Assembly: GCA_023205875.1 (NCBI GenBank)
Contig: CP060766.1
Coordinates: 1 to 64,000 of the forward strand
Direction of reading: 5' to 3'
Source of the DNA: Chloropicon primus
Lineage: Eukaryota
Length of the DNA stretch: 64,000 nucleotides
Position numbers and translations under genes: made by a program. Of this stretch, positions 21,698-32,912 are shown one piece after another (position 1 is the first letter of the stretch; each line of letters begins with the position of its first letter). Under the pieces are notes generated by a model that worked only from the letters and a program-made list of their open reading frames with translations, had not been told where the DNA came from and made no database searches.

Positions 21698-24325
21698 ATG
21701 AAGCGGCAGAAGACCAAGGCGAAGGGGAAGGCACAGCCCAACAAGGGAAAGCGCGTGTCCTTCAACAACAACAATAACAACAACAACAAAGGGAGTACCT
21801 CGTCCTCGTCGTGGTCTTTGCAGAACAAGAACAGATCCAAAAACCACTTTGGCCGTGGCCATGGAGGGAGGGAGAGGGAGAGGGAAGGGGAAGAGGACCA
21901 GACTCTGAAGCATGGCACCTCCGAGTGGAAGCTCTTGCAGGAAGTGCTGTCGTGGGACTACCTGAATTTGTTGACGAGGCAAGCGGGAGGCAAGGCCAAG
22001 GCCTCGGGTGCGGAGAGGCTGCCCTTCGAGAAGCGCCTGAGGGAGGTGCCCGTCGCTTTCGACGACGTAGATCACTTCGAGGATGTGTACGAGCCCCTGT
22101 TGCTGGAGGAATGCAAGGCGGTCCTCCTGAGGGGGTGGACGGATCCGGGATACCTGCTGTACGAGGCCCGCGTGGCGGAGGCCAAGGGGATGGAGGGGGA
22201 CCTCAATTTCATAGCGGCCAAGCTGAAGCTTGTGGGGGATAACCTTGCCAAGGGCAGAGAGGTGTTGACGGTCCCCAGGGAGGAGGACAAGGTGTACGAC
22301 TCGTTCATGGAGAAAGACATTGTTTTGCTGACGCGGGAGAACCCGGACCCAGACTCGAACCCTGGCAGCAAGGCGCACCAGAAGACGTACTTTTTGGCCT
22401 ACTTGCTGCGCAAGTACGAGCAGTCGAGATCGGACGTGCTGGAGCTCGTGGTGCTGGCGGAGGGCCACAGGAAAAAGGCAGCGGTGGACGGGAGCAGGTC
22501 AGAGAGGGTGAGGGAGGAGCTGATGGGCGGTGGGCAAGCCATGGTGGACCTGGAGGAGGAGGAGGGCGAGAGGTGGTGGGTCTCCCGCATCGAGAACATG
22601 TTGTCCTTGCTCAGGGAGCACAAGGCCATCTTCAGGCTCAGGGGACACCCGTGGGAGGACCTCATCATCGACCCGACGGGGAGAAGAAGCATGCGGCCGG
22701 TGGTCTCGGAAAGCAAGCCGTCCCGGGCGAGGAAGGTCCCGGAGAGGCTGTGCACGGCCTTGGGGGGGACGCAGAACGAGAAGCAGGTGGAGGTCTTGAG
22801 AACGTCTCTCGACCAGAGCAAGGTGATGCTGGTGCAAGGCCCGCCGGGGACTGGAAAGACGACCACGCTCTGTGGACTTCTGTCTGTTTTGTGCCACTCG
22901 CACGAGTACGACTTCGAGAAGAGCTTCACGAAGATCACGCTCGAGGATCGGCCAACGAAGCAGGAAGCGAGGAGGAAGTTCCTCCTGGCTTCTCCATGGA
23001 TGAAGCAGTGCGATCCTCGGAAGCTTTATCCGGAGACGGACCCGCCCACGTACCGGGTGCCTCAGAACCCGAGGTTGGTCCTCCAGAAGGACGCGAGGAG
23101 GCCTCCCAGAGTTCTGGTGTGCACGCCCTCGAACTCCGCCCTGGACGAGATCGCTCTGCGGATCAAGAAGGACGGCCTGGTGCACTTCAGCGGCCTGCGC
23201 TTCGAGCCCAGCATGGTGAGAACGGGTGTGAAGCGCCAAGTCAATAACGGGGTGATGGACATATACTTGCCGACACTGGCGCGAGAGAGGATTGGGGTAA
23301 AGCCAAAGGGGAAGCAGGACGCGGAGGACTGGGCTCGTTTCCAAAAGGAAGAGGTGGCGGTCTTGAAGGACGCCCAAATCGTTTTCTCCACGCTCAACTA
23401 CGCGAACAACAAAATCTTCCAGAGGAGCGGGGTGGAGTTTGATTACATCGTCGTGGACGAGGCGGCACAGGCCGTCGAGCCCTCCTGCCTGATTCCCCTC
23501 ACTTGCGTGGGATGCAAGAAGTTTTTCATGGTCGGAGACCCAGCGCAGCTGCCTGCGACGGTGATCTCCCAGGCCTCCCACAAGTACAAGTACAACCGCT
23601 CCCTGTTCAACAGGTTCCAGCTGTGCAAGTACCCGATTCACCTGCTCGAAACGCAGTACAGGATGCACCCGAGCATCACGCGGTGGCCCTCGAAGCAGTT
23701 TTACCAAGGCCAGCTGGTGGACGCCCCCAACCTGGAGAAAAGTTTGGCAAGGGAATGGCACGACTTTCCGGGCTTTGGACCCTTTTCCTTCTACGACGTC
23801 AAGAGCAAGTCGAGCAAGGAGTTCACGTCGTTCGTGAACGATGGCCAGGCCGAATTTGCGGTGGCCTTCCTGGAGACCCTGGTGGCCAAGTTCCCGGACT
23901 TCAGCGAGAGGCCGAGCGTTGGCATCATCGCGACGTACCAGGCGATGATCCCCGTGGTGAAGGCGAAGCTCTTGAGCAAGTTCGACGAGGATTTCGCAAA
24001 CTCGGTCGAGGTGCTGACGGTGGACTCGTACCAGGGCAGGGAGAAGGACATCATCCTGTGGACCACGGTGAGGACGGAGGGTGGCAACAACCTCGGATTC
24101 ATCCGGGACAGGAACAGGATGAACGTGGCCCTCACCAGGGCCAAGTCCACGCTCATCGTGATCGGGGACAAGGCCGCTCTGAGGAAGAACGAGCTTTGGG
24201 AGGACCTCATCAAGGAGTCCGAGAAGAGGGGAGAGATGTTCGACGCTCGCGAGCCTTTCGTCCGGTCCCTGGAGAACCAGCTGGAGAAGAAGAAGATGCC
24301 GAACAAGAAGAGACAGAAAGTGTAA
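21698..24325 (+). CDS. SEN1/UPF1-like SF1 helicase (MAGATAMA3-like)
   Basis: QGPPGTGKT, VCTPSNSALDE, VDEAAQ, VGDPAQLPAT, QYRMHP, TVDSYQGREKD, RMNVALTRAK. Confidence 0.93.
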   Translation: MKRQKTKAKGKAQPNKGKRVSFNNNNNNNNKGSTSSSSWSLQNKNRSKNHFGRGHGGREREREGEEDQTLKHGTSEWKLLQEVLSWDYLNLLTRQAGGKAKASGAERLPFEKRLREVPVAFDDVDHFEDVYEPLLLEECKAVLLRGWTDPGYLLYEARVAEAKGMEGDLNFIAAKLKLVGDNLAKGREVLTVPREEDKVYDSFMEKDIVLLTRENPDPDSNPGSKAHQKTYFLAYLLRKYEQSRSDVLELVVLAEGHRKKAAVDGSRSERVREELMGGGQAMVDLEEEEGERWWVSRIENMLSLLREHKAIFRLRGHPWEDLIIDPTGRRSMRPVVSESKPSRARKVPERLCTALGGTQNEKQVEVLRTSLDQSKVMLVQGPPGTGKTTTLCGLLSVLCHSHEYDFEKSFTKITLEDRPTKQEARRKFLLASPWMKQCDPRKLYPETDPPTYRVPQNPRLVLQKDARRPPRVLVCTPSNSALDEIALRIKKDGLVHFSGLRFEPSMVRTGVKRQVNNGVMDIYLPTLARERIGVKPKGKQDAEDWARFQKEEVAVLKDAQIVFSTLNYANNKIFQRSGVEFDYIVVDEAAQAVEPSCLIPLTCVGCKKFFMVGDPAQLPATVISQASHKYKYNRSLFNRFQLCKYPIHLLETQYRMHPSITRWPSKQFYQGQLVDAPNLEKSLAREWHDFPGFGPFSFYDVKSKSSKEFTSFVNDGQAEFAVAFLETLVAKFPDFSERPSVGIIATYQAMIPVVKAKLLSKFDEDFANSVEVLTVDSYQGREKDIILWTTVRTEGGNNLGFIRDRNRMNVALTRAKSTLIVIGDKAALRKNELWEDLIKESEKRGEMFDAREPFVRSLENQLEKKKMPNKKRQKV

Positions 24326-24458
24326 AATAAATAATCGTCTGGACATTGCCAACCGGACGGAACTGATTGAGGAATTGTATACGCTCCATTAACCTACTTC
24401 CTCCTCCCTCCCTCGATACCTTGGAGAAGATCTCTCATCTTCATCTTCATTCAGGAGG

Positions 24459-24950
24459 ATGGCGGTTTCTCTGGCGCTGGCGTGGAGAGGAGCGCGTCCG
24501 TTAAGAGCGAGAGCGAGGAGCCCGAGGGCGGTTGCCTTCACGAGGCAACGCACAACTTGCTCGGCCATGAAGTCTGAGGAGGAGTGGAAGAAGATCCTGA
24601 CGCCAGAACAGTTCCGTGTTCTGAGGCAGAAGGGAACCGAGTACCCTGGCACTGGAAAGTACGACAAAATGTTTCCAAGTGAAGGGGCGTTCTTGTGTGG
24701 AGGGTGCGGGGAAAAGCTGTATGAGACCAAGGCCAAGTTCAACTCGGGCTGCGGCTGGCCTGCCTTCTACGAGGGCGTCGACGGGGCGGTGAAGGAGGTC
24801 CCTGATGCGGATGGAATGAGAGTTGAGATTGTTTGTGCTGCTTGTGGAGGCCACCTCGGCCACGTCTTCCGGGGGGAGGGGTTCCCAACACCCACCAACG
24901 AGAGGCACTGCGTCAACTCCGTCTCCATAGTCCACGATAAGGACGCGTAA
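24459..24950 (+). CDS. MSRB: Methionine-R-sulfoxide reductase B, Cys type, with transit peptide
   Basis: VLRQKGTE, CGGC, SGCGWPAF, CAACGGHLGHVF, RHCVNS. Confidence 0.96.
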   Translation: MAVSLALAWRGARPLRARARSPRAVAFTRQRTTCSAMKSEEEWKKILTPEQFRVLRQKGTEYPGTGKYDKMFPSEGAFLCGGCGEKLYETKAKFNSGCGWPAFYEGVDGAVKEVPDADGMRVEIVCAACGGHLGHVFRGEGFPTPTNERHCVNSVSIVHDKDA

Positions 24951-25067
24951 AGCAGATAAGCGAGTCTGGATGGCATAAACACACATACAAAGCGGTTGTT
25001 TATGGACGACCATAAGATAATGTACAAGCCTCTTATGTCGAGTCTTATCGAGCTCTTCCTCGGGGCC

Positions 25068-26480
25068 TCAACTCGCCGCCGCCCTGTAGTTCAGGAAGGC
25101 GTCCTGAAAGTCGTCCAAGTCCCCGTCCAGGACGACGTCCACCCCGCTGGTCTCGACGCCCGTCCTCAGGTCCTTGATCAGCTTATAAGGATGGAAGACG
25201 TAGTTCCTAATCTGCTGCCCGAAATCAGCCACGACGACCTCGCCCCTGATCTCGCTCATCTCCTGGTCCCTCTTCTCCTGCTCCAGCACGACCAACTTCG
25301 ACTTCAAGATCGCCAAGGCCTTGGCGCGGTTCATGCCTTGCGAGCGCTCCTCCGAGCACCTCACGGTGATTCCCGTCGGCAGGTGCTTTATCCTGACCGC
25401 CGACTCGATCTTGTTGACGTTCTGGCCGCCCTTCCCGCCGCTCCGCATCGTCGTCACCTCCAGCTCCTTGTCGTCGACCTGAACTTCCTTGACGAGGTCG
25501 AGGTCCTCGATCACGGGGACCACGTCCACCGCCGCAAAGCTCGTTTGCCGGGCCGCCTTGGCGTTGAAAGGAGACTGCCTCACGAGCCTGTGCGTTCCTT
25601 TCTCGCCGCAAAGGAACCCGAACGCGAAGTCCCCCTCGATCTGCATGGAGCAAGACTTGATGCCGGCCTCCTCCCCCGGCGAGACCTCGAGCAGCGTCGC
25701 TTTGAAGCCCCGCCGCTCGGCCCACCTCGTGTACATCCTTTGCAGTATCTGGGCCCAGTCCTGGGCGTCCGTGCCCCCGGCCCCCGCGTTTATCGACAGG
25801 CAAGCGGCGTACCTGTCGAAGCGCCCCTCCAGCAGCTTTTCGACCTCCCAGCGATCGATCAGAGACTGCACCTCCCCCAAGGCAAAGGCGGCCTCCTCCA
25901 GCAGCATGGCCTCGACCCCCTCGGACCCGCCGCCGCCCTCGGACTCGAGATCCAGGAGGTCTGCCGCCGCCGTGATGTCCCCCAGCAGCTTCTCCAGGTC
26001 CGAGGCGAGGGCGACCCTCTGCTTCAGCGCAGTGATGTCCCTCAGCAGCTGGGCGGCATTCTCCTTGCCGCCCGCGGCTTGACTGTGGCTGCTCGAGCCT
26101 TCCCACAGGTCAGGCGAGGCCGCTTCCTCCTCCTTGGCGCTCAGCGCCGCCTCCGCCTCCTCCCTGTCCAAGAGCGCGAGGCAGGAGTCCACCTTGGGCC
26201 TCACCCTCTCCAGCTCCCGGTGCAGCCCCGCCAGGCTCTCCACCCTCCCCAGCAGCGACTCTCCGTTCCCCTGTTGCTGCCCCGCAGCAGCAGCAAGCCC
26301 CCTCGTCGCTGTCCTCCTCGTCGTCCACGCCGTCCCTCCCGGCTTCTTGGTAGGCACCAAGGTCCGAGCACAATGACAAGGATGAGGACAAGGATGAGGA
26401 CAACTCCTCGCCGCCCTGCTCCCCGCTCCGAGTCCACGACTCAGGTGAGCGAGCAATGCCCTCGTCGTCCTCGTCCTCAT
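25068..26480 (-). CDS. PRFB: Organellar peptide chain release factor 2
   Basis: GAGGTDAQDW, GTHRLVRQSPF (SPF motif), GGKGGQNVN, QIRNYVFHPY. The frame is continuous, with no bacterial-type frameshift. Start approximate. Confidence 0.93.
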   Translation of the reverse strand: MRTRTTRALLAHLSRGLGAGSRAARSCPHPCPHPCHCARTLVPTKKPGGTAWTTRRTATRGLAAAAGQQQGNGESLLGRVESLAGLHRELERVRPKVDSCLALLDREEAEAALSAKEEEAASPDLWEGSSSHSQAAGGKENAAQLLRDITALKQRVALASDLEKLLGDITAAADLLDLESEGGGGSEGVEAMLLEEAAFALGEVQSLIDRWEVEKLLEGRFDRYAACLSINAGAGGTDAQDWAQILQRMYTRWAERRGFKATLLEVSPGEEAGIKSCSMQIEGDFAFGFLCGEKGTHRLVRQSPFNAKAARQTSFAAVDVVPVIEDLDLVKEVQVDDKELEVTTMRSGGKGGQNVNKIESAVRIKHLPTGITVRCSEERSQGMNRAKALAILKSKLVVLEQEKRDQEMSEIRGEVVVADFGQQIRNYVFHPYKLIKDLRTGVETSGVDVVLDGDLDDFQDAFLNYRAAAS

Positions 26481-26899
26481 CACGAAACACGAACCACGAA
26501 CACGGTCCCGACAAGCGAAGGGGTCTGCCGAAAGCCCGTGAGAGAGGCGTCCTTTCGCCTCACTCAGGCCCTCCCGTTCCCCCTCCCTCGCTCTCCTTCC
26601 CTGTCGCGTCGCGTCGCGTCGCCCAAAACTGGCGGGAAACGGGCGAGAAGAGCACCACAAAACTGGCCCCTAAACTGGCGGGAAACGAGGGGAACGAGCA
26701 CAGGACTGGGAGTGAGGACGAGGGAAGAGGGCAGAGGGGGAGCGAGGGGAGCGTCGAGCGAAAGGACGTCTCACGGGCTTGCGATATCGTCCCTCACTTG
26801 ACTTGTTTGCCGCTTTTACTCCCCCAACAACACGAGCATCTTCTTTCTTCTTCTCTCTCTCTCTCTGGCTTGTGGATTGAGATAAGGATAAGGACGAGG

Positions 26900-27541
26900 A
26901 TGGCGACGAGGATGGCGACGAGTTGTGCGAGTTGGGCAAGGCAGTGCGGTGGCGAGACTTCTACCTCGAGAGCAAGAGGACAGCTTTGTAGGAGAAGGAG
27001 TGGGATCCTGTCCATGAGTTTGCTGTTCCTCGGTGTTGGCCAGAGAGACGCTGGAGCCATCCCCTTGGCACCACTCGGGAAGGCCTTGACGGACCGGGAA
27101 GGGAAGAGGGTGGGCCTGCCGGTGGAGGAAGTGAAAGCAATACTCGAGCGTGGACTGAGGGAAGGTCAGTACTTTGTGAATCCCGAGGGCTTGCCCAACC
27201 AGATCTTTGACGACAATGCGAGGTTCAAGGACCCCACGAACGACGTGGTCGGCTTGTCACGCTACGAGAAGGCCTTGGGCCTCCTCTTTGACAAGGAGCG
27301 TAGCAAAGTGGAGCTCCTGGACATTGAGGTGACTTCCCCGGGCGAGATCCGAGCGCGGTACCGGCTGGGAGGATACCTGAAGTTCGCTTGGAATCCTTGC
27401 GTCCGTCCCTACGAGGGCGTCGTCAGGTATGGGCTCGGCAAAGACGGCCTCGTCGTCTCCCAGGAGCAGGAATGGAGCATCTCAGGGGCGGAGGCGTTGA
27501 AGGAAACGTTCTCGGCGTGCGATGTGCCGCCAGACTTTTGA
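26900..27541 (+). CDS. DUF2358/SnoaL-like protein, probably thylakoid-lumenal
   Basis: Transit peptide, then RRR, a hydrophobic stretch and AGA (Tat-like signal). Also QYFV and IFDDNARFKDPTNDVVGLSRY. Confidence 0.7.
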   Translation: MATRMATSCASWARQCGGETSTSRARGQLCRRRSGILSMSLLFLGVGQRDAGAIPLAPLGKALTDREGKRVGLPVEEVKAILERGLREGQYFVNPEGLPNQIFDDNARFKDPTNDVVGLSRYEKALGLLFDKERSKVELLDIEVTSPGEIRARYRLGGYLKFAWNPCVRPYEGVVRYGLGKDGLVVSQEQEWSISGAEALKETFSACDVPPDF

Positions 27542-27591
27542 CTTTTGACTAAATTTTGTTGGTATGCAATGCAATACCGCGCTGAGGGGCC

Positions 27592-30500
27592 TTACTCCAC
27601 CACATCCTGTCTGAGAATCTTGCTGTGCTGGTTCTCGTCCTTGTGGACGTACCAGTAGTGCTCGCAGAAGGTCCTCCTGCCGATCATCTGGGCGAACTTC
27701 TCGTCGTGAGTAATGACGATGAGCTGGAAGTTCCTCTGGGCGGACCTGTCCTTGATGATCTCCTGGAGCATCAGGGCCAGGCTCCTCGCGTTTTCGTCGT
27801 CCAGGTTGGTGGTCGGCTCGTCCAAGGCCAGGATGCCGCAATCAATACAGAAGGTCTCCGCAAGGGCGAGCCTGATGATGATGCTCGCAAGCACCCTCTG
27901 CCCCGCGCTGCAGCGGCCCCGCATGTCCAGCTCAGTGCCTCCCGAGATCATCTGAACGCGGTAGTTGTGGCTACCCCTGTTGCCACTCTCCTCGTATTTG
28001 ATCTGGATGTAGTCGATGTCCGAGTTTCTGTACGTCCTTTGCCACAGCTCCTTGATGGTCTTGTTGATGTTGGTCATCTTCCTGTTGTGGAAGGAGATCA
28101 AAGCCTTCTTCAGGGCCTTGGTGTAGCTGTCGATGTCCGTAATGGCGAGGTGCTTCGTCTTCAGGGCAATGCTCTCCGCGTGGTAGAGCTGGTCGATGTT
28201 CTGGAATTCTTTTTTCTTGAGCTCGCTCTCCCTCTCGTTGATCTTCGTCTCGAGAGTCTTTCGAGATCCTCGCAAGTACTGCACTTTCTTGGTGGCTTCC
28301 TCGCACTTCTCTTTCGCTGCATTGAACGAAGAGGCCATCTCCTCCCCGCTGGGAAACTCGTCCATCTTGAAGTGAATGCCCTTGATAACCAACGCAGCTC
28401 TCCTGACTTCCTCCACGCCTTTCTTGTAAGCGATGTTGTCATCGATGTTCCGGAAGAGGTTTCCCCTCTCCGCAATGCTCTTCTCTTCCGATTGGATCAT
28501 TTCCCTCGCTTTGCTGATCTTGCCGGCCAGATCACCCATATCCTCCTTGAGGCCCTCTTGGTCCTGCTGCAACCTCTTCAGCTGCCTCTCACTCTTCTCG
28601 ATGTCACTAGCGGTGAGCTTCTCGCAGAGAGACTTTATGGTCTCCGCATTCCTCAGGAACTCGTACGTTTCCTCCTCGAGCTCTTCCACGGCCTTCTGCA
28701 TTTTCCTCGATTGCCTGTCGGAATCTAACTTGACGTCCTCCAGCGCCGACTCCGCTTCGGTCAGAGCACGTGCGAGCTCGTGGCGCTTCTTATCGATTGT
28801 GCTGTTCTCGCCCTCCAGCTTCTCCTTTTCTTTCAATCGCGTCTTCAGCTCGATGGCATTGCCTTTCGCTGTGGACACGATCTCCCTATGCTCCCTGAGC
28901 TGCCTTTCGCACTCCCCAGCCTGCTCATTGAGGCTCATTATCAGGGACGCGTTGCTTTCTTTGGCCTTCAATTGAGATTTGAGCTCCTTCTCGGAGGACT
29001 CCAGGTCCTCCCTGACCTGGTCCAAGGATCTCGAGCCCTTCAGGCCAGCAGCTCCTTGGTCAGACGCGAGCACGGATTCGAGCTCCTTGATTGCCGCGGC
29101 ATGGTTCTGCGACGGCATGGCCACGTCCTGCAAGAGGGTGCGAGCAGAAGACAGCAGGTCCGCAAGATCCCCCTCGCGCCCCTTCAGCCTCTGCATCTTC
29201 TCAAGCAGCTCGGACCTTGCCTCCGTAGCCGTTGTACGCTTTGATTCCAAGTCCAGCAATTCCGCTTTCAAGCGTTTCACGTCCTCCAGCAAGCTTGATT
29301 TGCTCTTCATTTCGTCGATCCCCATCTGTAGTTTGTCCCTCGTCTTGCTTGCTTGCTCCAGTCTCTCTGGAAGACTTTCCTTAGAGTCCTTCTGCCTCTG
29401 AATAAAGCTCTGCTCCTCTGCCTCACCGTCAAAAGGCCTCGCGCAAGCGGGACACGCGTGCGACTTTGAAGTTCTCTCGATGTATTTGCCGAAAACCAAG
29501 CCGAGGGCATTCATGTGATTTATCTGGCCATCAAGTTTCTGCAACTTGGCTTCCTTCTCCTTGCAGAGCTCGTCCACATCGGAGTCCAAATCAATGGAGT
29601 TGCCGATCATTTCCTCCTTCTTCTTGCGGTCGGCCCTCAGCGTCTCGATTGCACTCTCCCCCTCCTTGATCTGAGCAGAAATCGCATCCACCTTGCTCTC
29701 TGTGCGGCTTTTCTCGGTGATGTTTTCGTCCTTCTCCCTCTCGAGCTCCTTGGTCCTTGCTTGAACTTTGTCCACGAGATCCTCAGTCCCGGGGAGCTCC
29801 TTGACCCCCAAGATGTCCAGCAGCTTGCTCTTGTTGGAGGCCATCAAGTCGCCCAACTTGTCTTTCATTTTCCGCAGCTCTGCGGACTTTTCGCGGAACA
29901 AAGCATGCTTTGCAGAGTTCTCCTGAATCAGATCTTTTTCCTTCCGAAGTGCCTCACACCTCTCCTCCAGGGATTTCAGGTCAGCGTCCAAGGCCTTCAG
30001 CGCCGGATCATCCTTTGCTTCCCTTTGCTTGGCCAAGACCTTCTGAAGCTTTTCGTTGAGATCCTTCTCTACTGCCTCGCTCTTCTTGTGCTCCTCCTCG
30101 CTCACCTCAACCTCTTCCTGCCACTTTTCGATCTCGCGAACCCTGTCCAGGTTCTCCTTCTTCTTCGCAGCCGCGGACTTGATCTTGTCTTCGGCCTTGT
30201 GAACTTGCGTTTGCGCCTCCCGGATGCCCTCAGACAGCTTCTGCTCGAGATTCTTCGCGTCGACCTTCAGCGACTTGAGCTTAGCCTGCTTCTCTCTGCT
30301 CTTCCTCTCTATCGCAGCGTAGTTGTCCATGATGTCCTCGTTGGACACGCTCTCGTCCCACTGTGATACCTCGGCGAGGAGGCACTCGGCCGCCAGTCTT
30401 CTGCACTTCTCCCTCGTCTCCTTGATCTCTCGCCTGTTCACGTCGATCTTTGCGAAGAGGCGGCTTTCCAGGGTCTCGTTGCTCTTGAACTTCGCCCCCA

Positions 30501-31524
30501 GCCTCTGCTCCTCCTTCATGTAAGACTCGAGCTGCTCCTGCGCGGACCTCAGCTGCAGTTTGTACTTGTGGAGCTGCTTCTCCATCTTGGATTTCATCGC
30601 CAGGAGCTCATCCACGTCCTCCTCGGCTTCATCTTCAATCTTTTCGAACAAGGCCTTTGTGTTGCCCTCCAAAACCTCCTTCTTGTTCGTAGCGATCTCC
30701 AAGTCCTTGTTCAGGCTCTTGTAGGCCGCCACCTTCCCCTCCAGCTCCGTCATCTCCGCTGAGCTTGCGTCCGCCCTCTGTTGGCACTTCGAAATCACCG
30801 AGTCCATCTGCTCGATCGAGTCCTTGTCCGCCTCGATCTCCTTCTTCAGGACCTTGCTTCTGTCCACGAAGGTCTTCAGGTGGCCGACCTTGAGCTTGTG
30901 CTTCTCGATCTCGTGCACGTTGTGAAGTCTCACTTTCCTCATCGCGTCCACGGCCTTGGTGTACCCGCTCAGGTTGAAGATGCTGTCGAACTTCTTCTTC
31001 ACCGTCAAGGGGTCGTCCAGGGGCCAGTTCATCTCGTCTTGGTGGACGAATATCACGGAATCGAGAACGGCCTGGGAGGCGCCCATGAGGGTAGGCACGA
31101 GCTTCTCCACATCCTGGACCTTGCACGTGTAGGTCTTCATATCCCCCGTGTCCACGTCGAGCCGCTTGACCGTCTGGTCCGCCGCCTTGAAGGTCGAGGT
31201 GCTCCCCTTCACCGTCAGCAGGAAGCTCTTGATCAGGATGACCGGGTTGCCGTTCGAGTGGTCCTTGAACCTGAGCTTGATCTGGGCCCTCGTTTCGCTC
31301 TGTCCCGATATTTTCGGGTCGTGGATGAACGCGGCCCTCTGCTTGGAGCACGTCGGAGGCAAGGACCCCGTGCACGCCTGCTTGAGACACTCGATCACTG
31401 TCGTCTTCCCGCTCCCGTTCGGGCCCACTATGATCGTCAGAGGCTTGAAGAACGTTATCGCGTCCTCATTGTAGGGGCTGAAGCTCCTGATCCCCTTGAT
31501 GAGCATCTTTTCCACGGAACACAT
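27592..31524 (-). CDS. RAD50: DNA repair protein RAD50
   Basis: IKGIRSF, Walker A GPNGSGKT, CPAC zinc hook, MRGRCSAGQ, ALDEPTTNLD, IVITHD. Confidence 0.97.
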   Translation of the reverse strand: MCSVEKMLIKGIRSFSPYNEDAITFFKPLTIIVGPNGSGKTTVIECLKQACTGSLPPTCSKQRAAFIHDPKISGQSETRAQIKLRFKDHSNGNPVILIKSFLLTVKGSTSTFKAADQTVKRLDVDTGDMKTYTCKVQDVEKLVPTLMGASQAVLDSVIFVHQDEMNWPLDDPLTVKKKFDSIFNLSGYTKAVDAMRKVRLHNVHEIEKHKLKVGHLKTFVDRSKVLKKEIEADKDSIEQMDSVISKCQQRADASSAEMTELEGKVAAYKSLNKDLEIATNKKEVLEGNTKALFEKIEDEAEEDVDELLAMKSKMEKQLHKYKLQLRSAQEQLESYMKEEQRLGAKFKSNETLESRLFAKIDVNRREIKETREKCRRLAAECLLAEVSQWDESVSNEDIMDNYAAIERKSREKQAKLKSLKVDAKNLEQKLSEGIREAQTQVHKAEDKIKSAAAKKKENLDRVREIEKWQEEVEVSEEEHKKSEAVEKDLNEKLQKVLAKQREAKDDPALKALDADLKSLEERCEALRKEKDLIQENSAKHALFREKSAELRKMKDKLGDLMASNKSKLLDILGVKELPGTEDLVDKVQARTKELEREKDENITEKSRTESKVDAISAQIKEGESAIETLRADRKKKEEMIGNSIDLDSDVDELCKEKEAKLQKLDGQINHMNALGLVFGKYIERTSKSHACPACARPFDGEAEEQSFIQRQKDSKESLPERLEQASKTRDKLQMGIDEMKSKSSLLEDVKRLKAELLDLESKRTTATEARSELLEKMQRLKGREGDLADLLSSARTLLQDVAMPSQNHAAAIKELESVLASDQGAAGLKGSRSLDQVREDLESSEKELKSQLKAKESNASLIMSLNEQAGECERQLREHREIVSTAKGNAIELKTRLKEKEKLEGENSTIDKKRHELARALTEAESALEDVKLDSDRQSRKMQKAVEELEEETYEFLRNAETIKSLCEKLTASDIEKSERQLKRLQQDQEGLKEDMGDLAGKISKAREMIQSEEKSIAERGNLFRNIDDNIAYKKGVEEVRRAALVIKGIHFKMDEFPSGEEMASSFNAAKEKCEEATKKVQYLRGSRKTLETKINERESELKKKEFQNIDQLYHAESIALKTKHLAITDIDSYTKALKKALISFHNRKMTNINKTIKELWQRTYRNSDIDYIQIKYEESGNRGSHNYRVQMISGGTELDMRGRCSAGQRVLASIIIRLALAETFCIDCGILALDEPTTNLDDENARSLALMLQEIIKDRSAQRNFQLIVITHDEKFAQMIGRRTFCEHYWYVHKDENQHSKILRQDVVE

Positions 31525-31903
31525 CTTGAAGAAACCAGAAGCTCCGTCGTCGCCGACCCTCGCAAAACCGCGCCCTGCCGTTTCTACACCTCCCGCCCCT
31601 GTCTCTCCCCCTCCCTCGCTCTCCTCTCCTCTCCTGGACGCGAACGATGGCCTCCTCCTCGTGTGCCCTTCGCGTGATCCCCCGACCAAGTCTCCACGAG
31701 TATCGTTCCCCCTGGCGACGCAAACCGGTCAAGCGACACACCGATCGAAAGCTCGCGAGACAAACTATCGTTCTATGCGGTCCTCCCCCCCTCCTTCGTC
31801 CACACCTCTCCCCCGCGCGCCGTGACGAAGAGGCCACCCCTGCCGCTCGCGATCGCAAACGTTATGATCGGCAAGGCGAGGCCAGGAGCCAAGGCGACGC
31901 CTT

Positions 31904-32006
31904 TGACTTTTGGACGAGACCTGTGACCTTTGGACGAGACCTGTGACCTTTGGACGAGACCTGTGACCTTTGGACGAGACCTGTGACCTTTGGACGAGAC
32001 CTGTGA
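31904..32006. repeat. 20-bp minisatellite (TGACCTTTGGACGAGACCTG) x5
   Basis: Five head-to-tail copies, the first with one mismatch, and no spacers. Confidence 0.95.
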
Positions 32007-32026
32007 GGGATTGATACGGGAGAGGA

Positions 32027-32058
<32 letters not shown>

Positions 32059-32059
<1 letters not shown>

Positions 32060-32733
32060 TGGGAACGAATGGTGAAGCGCTCCAGGTGCTGATGCAAAGG
32101 GTGAACAATGCTGGAGGGACTCTGTTTGCGAGCCATTGCAAGGAGAAAAGGAAAGGTTTGTCTTCGACTGCAATTATTCACGATAACACGGGGCAGCCGA
32201 TCTGCGAGATTACGCTGAACATGAAGGCGCCTGTCCAGATCACGCTTCCCGATGGCACGCACGTGGAGACGCTGATGGATGACGGGCACAGCTGTTTGAT
32301 CGGTGACGCGGGAGACAGTTTCGGAAACGTCGAGACTCGGGTCGGTTTGGGTGAGGGCTGTGGCGCCTCCGTTGCGGGAATGTTCTGCGGACAGTTATTG
32401 CCTTCGTTTCACCTCAAGTCCAATCAGAAGACTTTGTTGAAATTCAAGTCCCCAAACAACCCTTGGGTTTGCCCCTTCTTGATCGGGACTTTCTGCTTTG
32501 GAGCGTGCTGTGTCAACTGCATTGCGACGGGTCCCTCGCACAGAATATTCAGAGACGACCAACTCGTGGGGGACGTCCTCGTCAACATGGGGTGCATGAG
32601 TTGGGGAAGCCGTAACCTTCCGAGCTGGGCCTTCCTCAGGGTACAGTCGAGCGATCCAGGGGTCCTCCGGGCCTCGATCAACGCCATCGCGTTGTACCTC
32701 TTCTACGGCCAGTTCCAAAGCGCTGCCATATGA
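32059..32733 (+). CDS. Hypothetical Cys-rich protein, possibly scramblase/LURP-like fold
   Basis: Open ORF with beta-rich segments and the Cys-rich hydrophobic stretch CPFLIGTFCFGACCVNC. Start may be 32026. Confidence 0.5.
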
Positions 32734-32912
32734 CCTCGAACAGACCGCCAGTCAAAAGGAAAGACGACGCAATCGACGACGAGTAACTCGCTTCTCTAAC
32801 ATTGTTATTGGGTTCTAAATGATAATAATAATCTAGCAAGATGTAGCTCTCATTCTCGCAAGCAAGGTCAACCGGAACCGACGAGTGGCGGCGCGATGAA
32901 TTCCCGCCCCCC

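Noticed and set aside
24459..24950. Selenoprotein MsrB
   Set aside because: The catalytic residue is encoded as Cys (RHCVNS) and there is no in-frame TGA.
31904..32006. CRISPR-like repeat array
   Set aside because: The units are contiguous with no unique spacers, there are no cas genes, and the context is eukaryotic.
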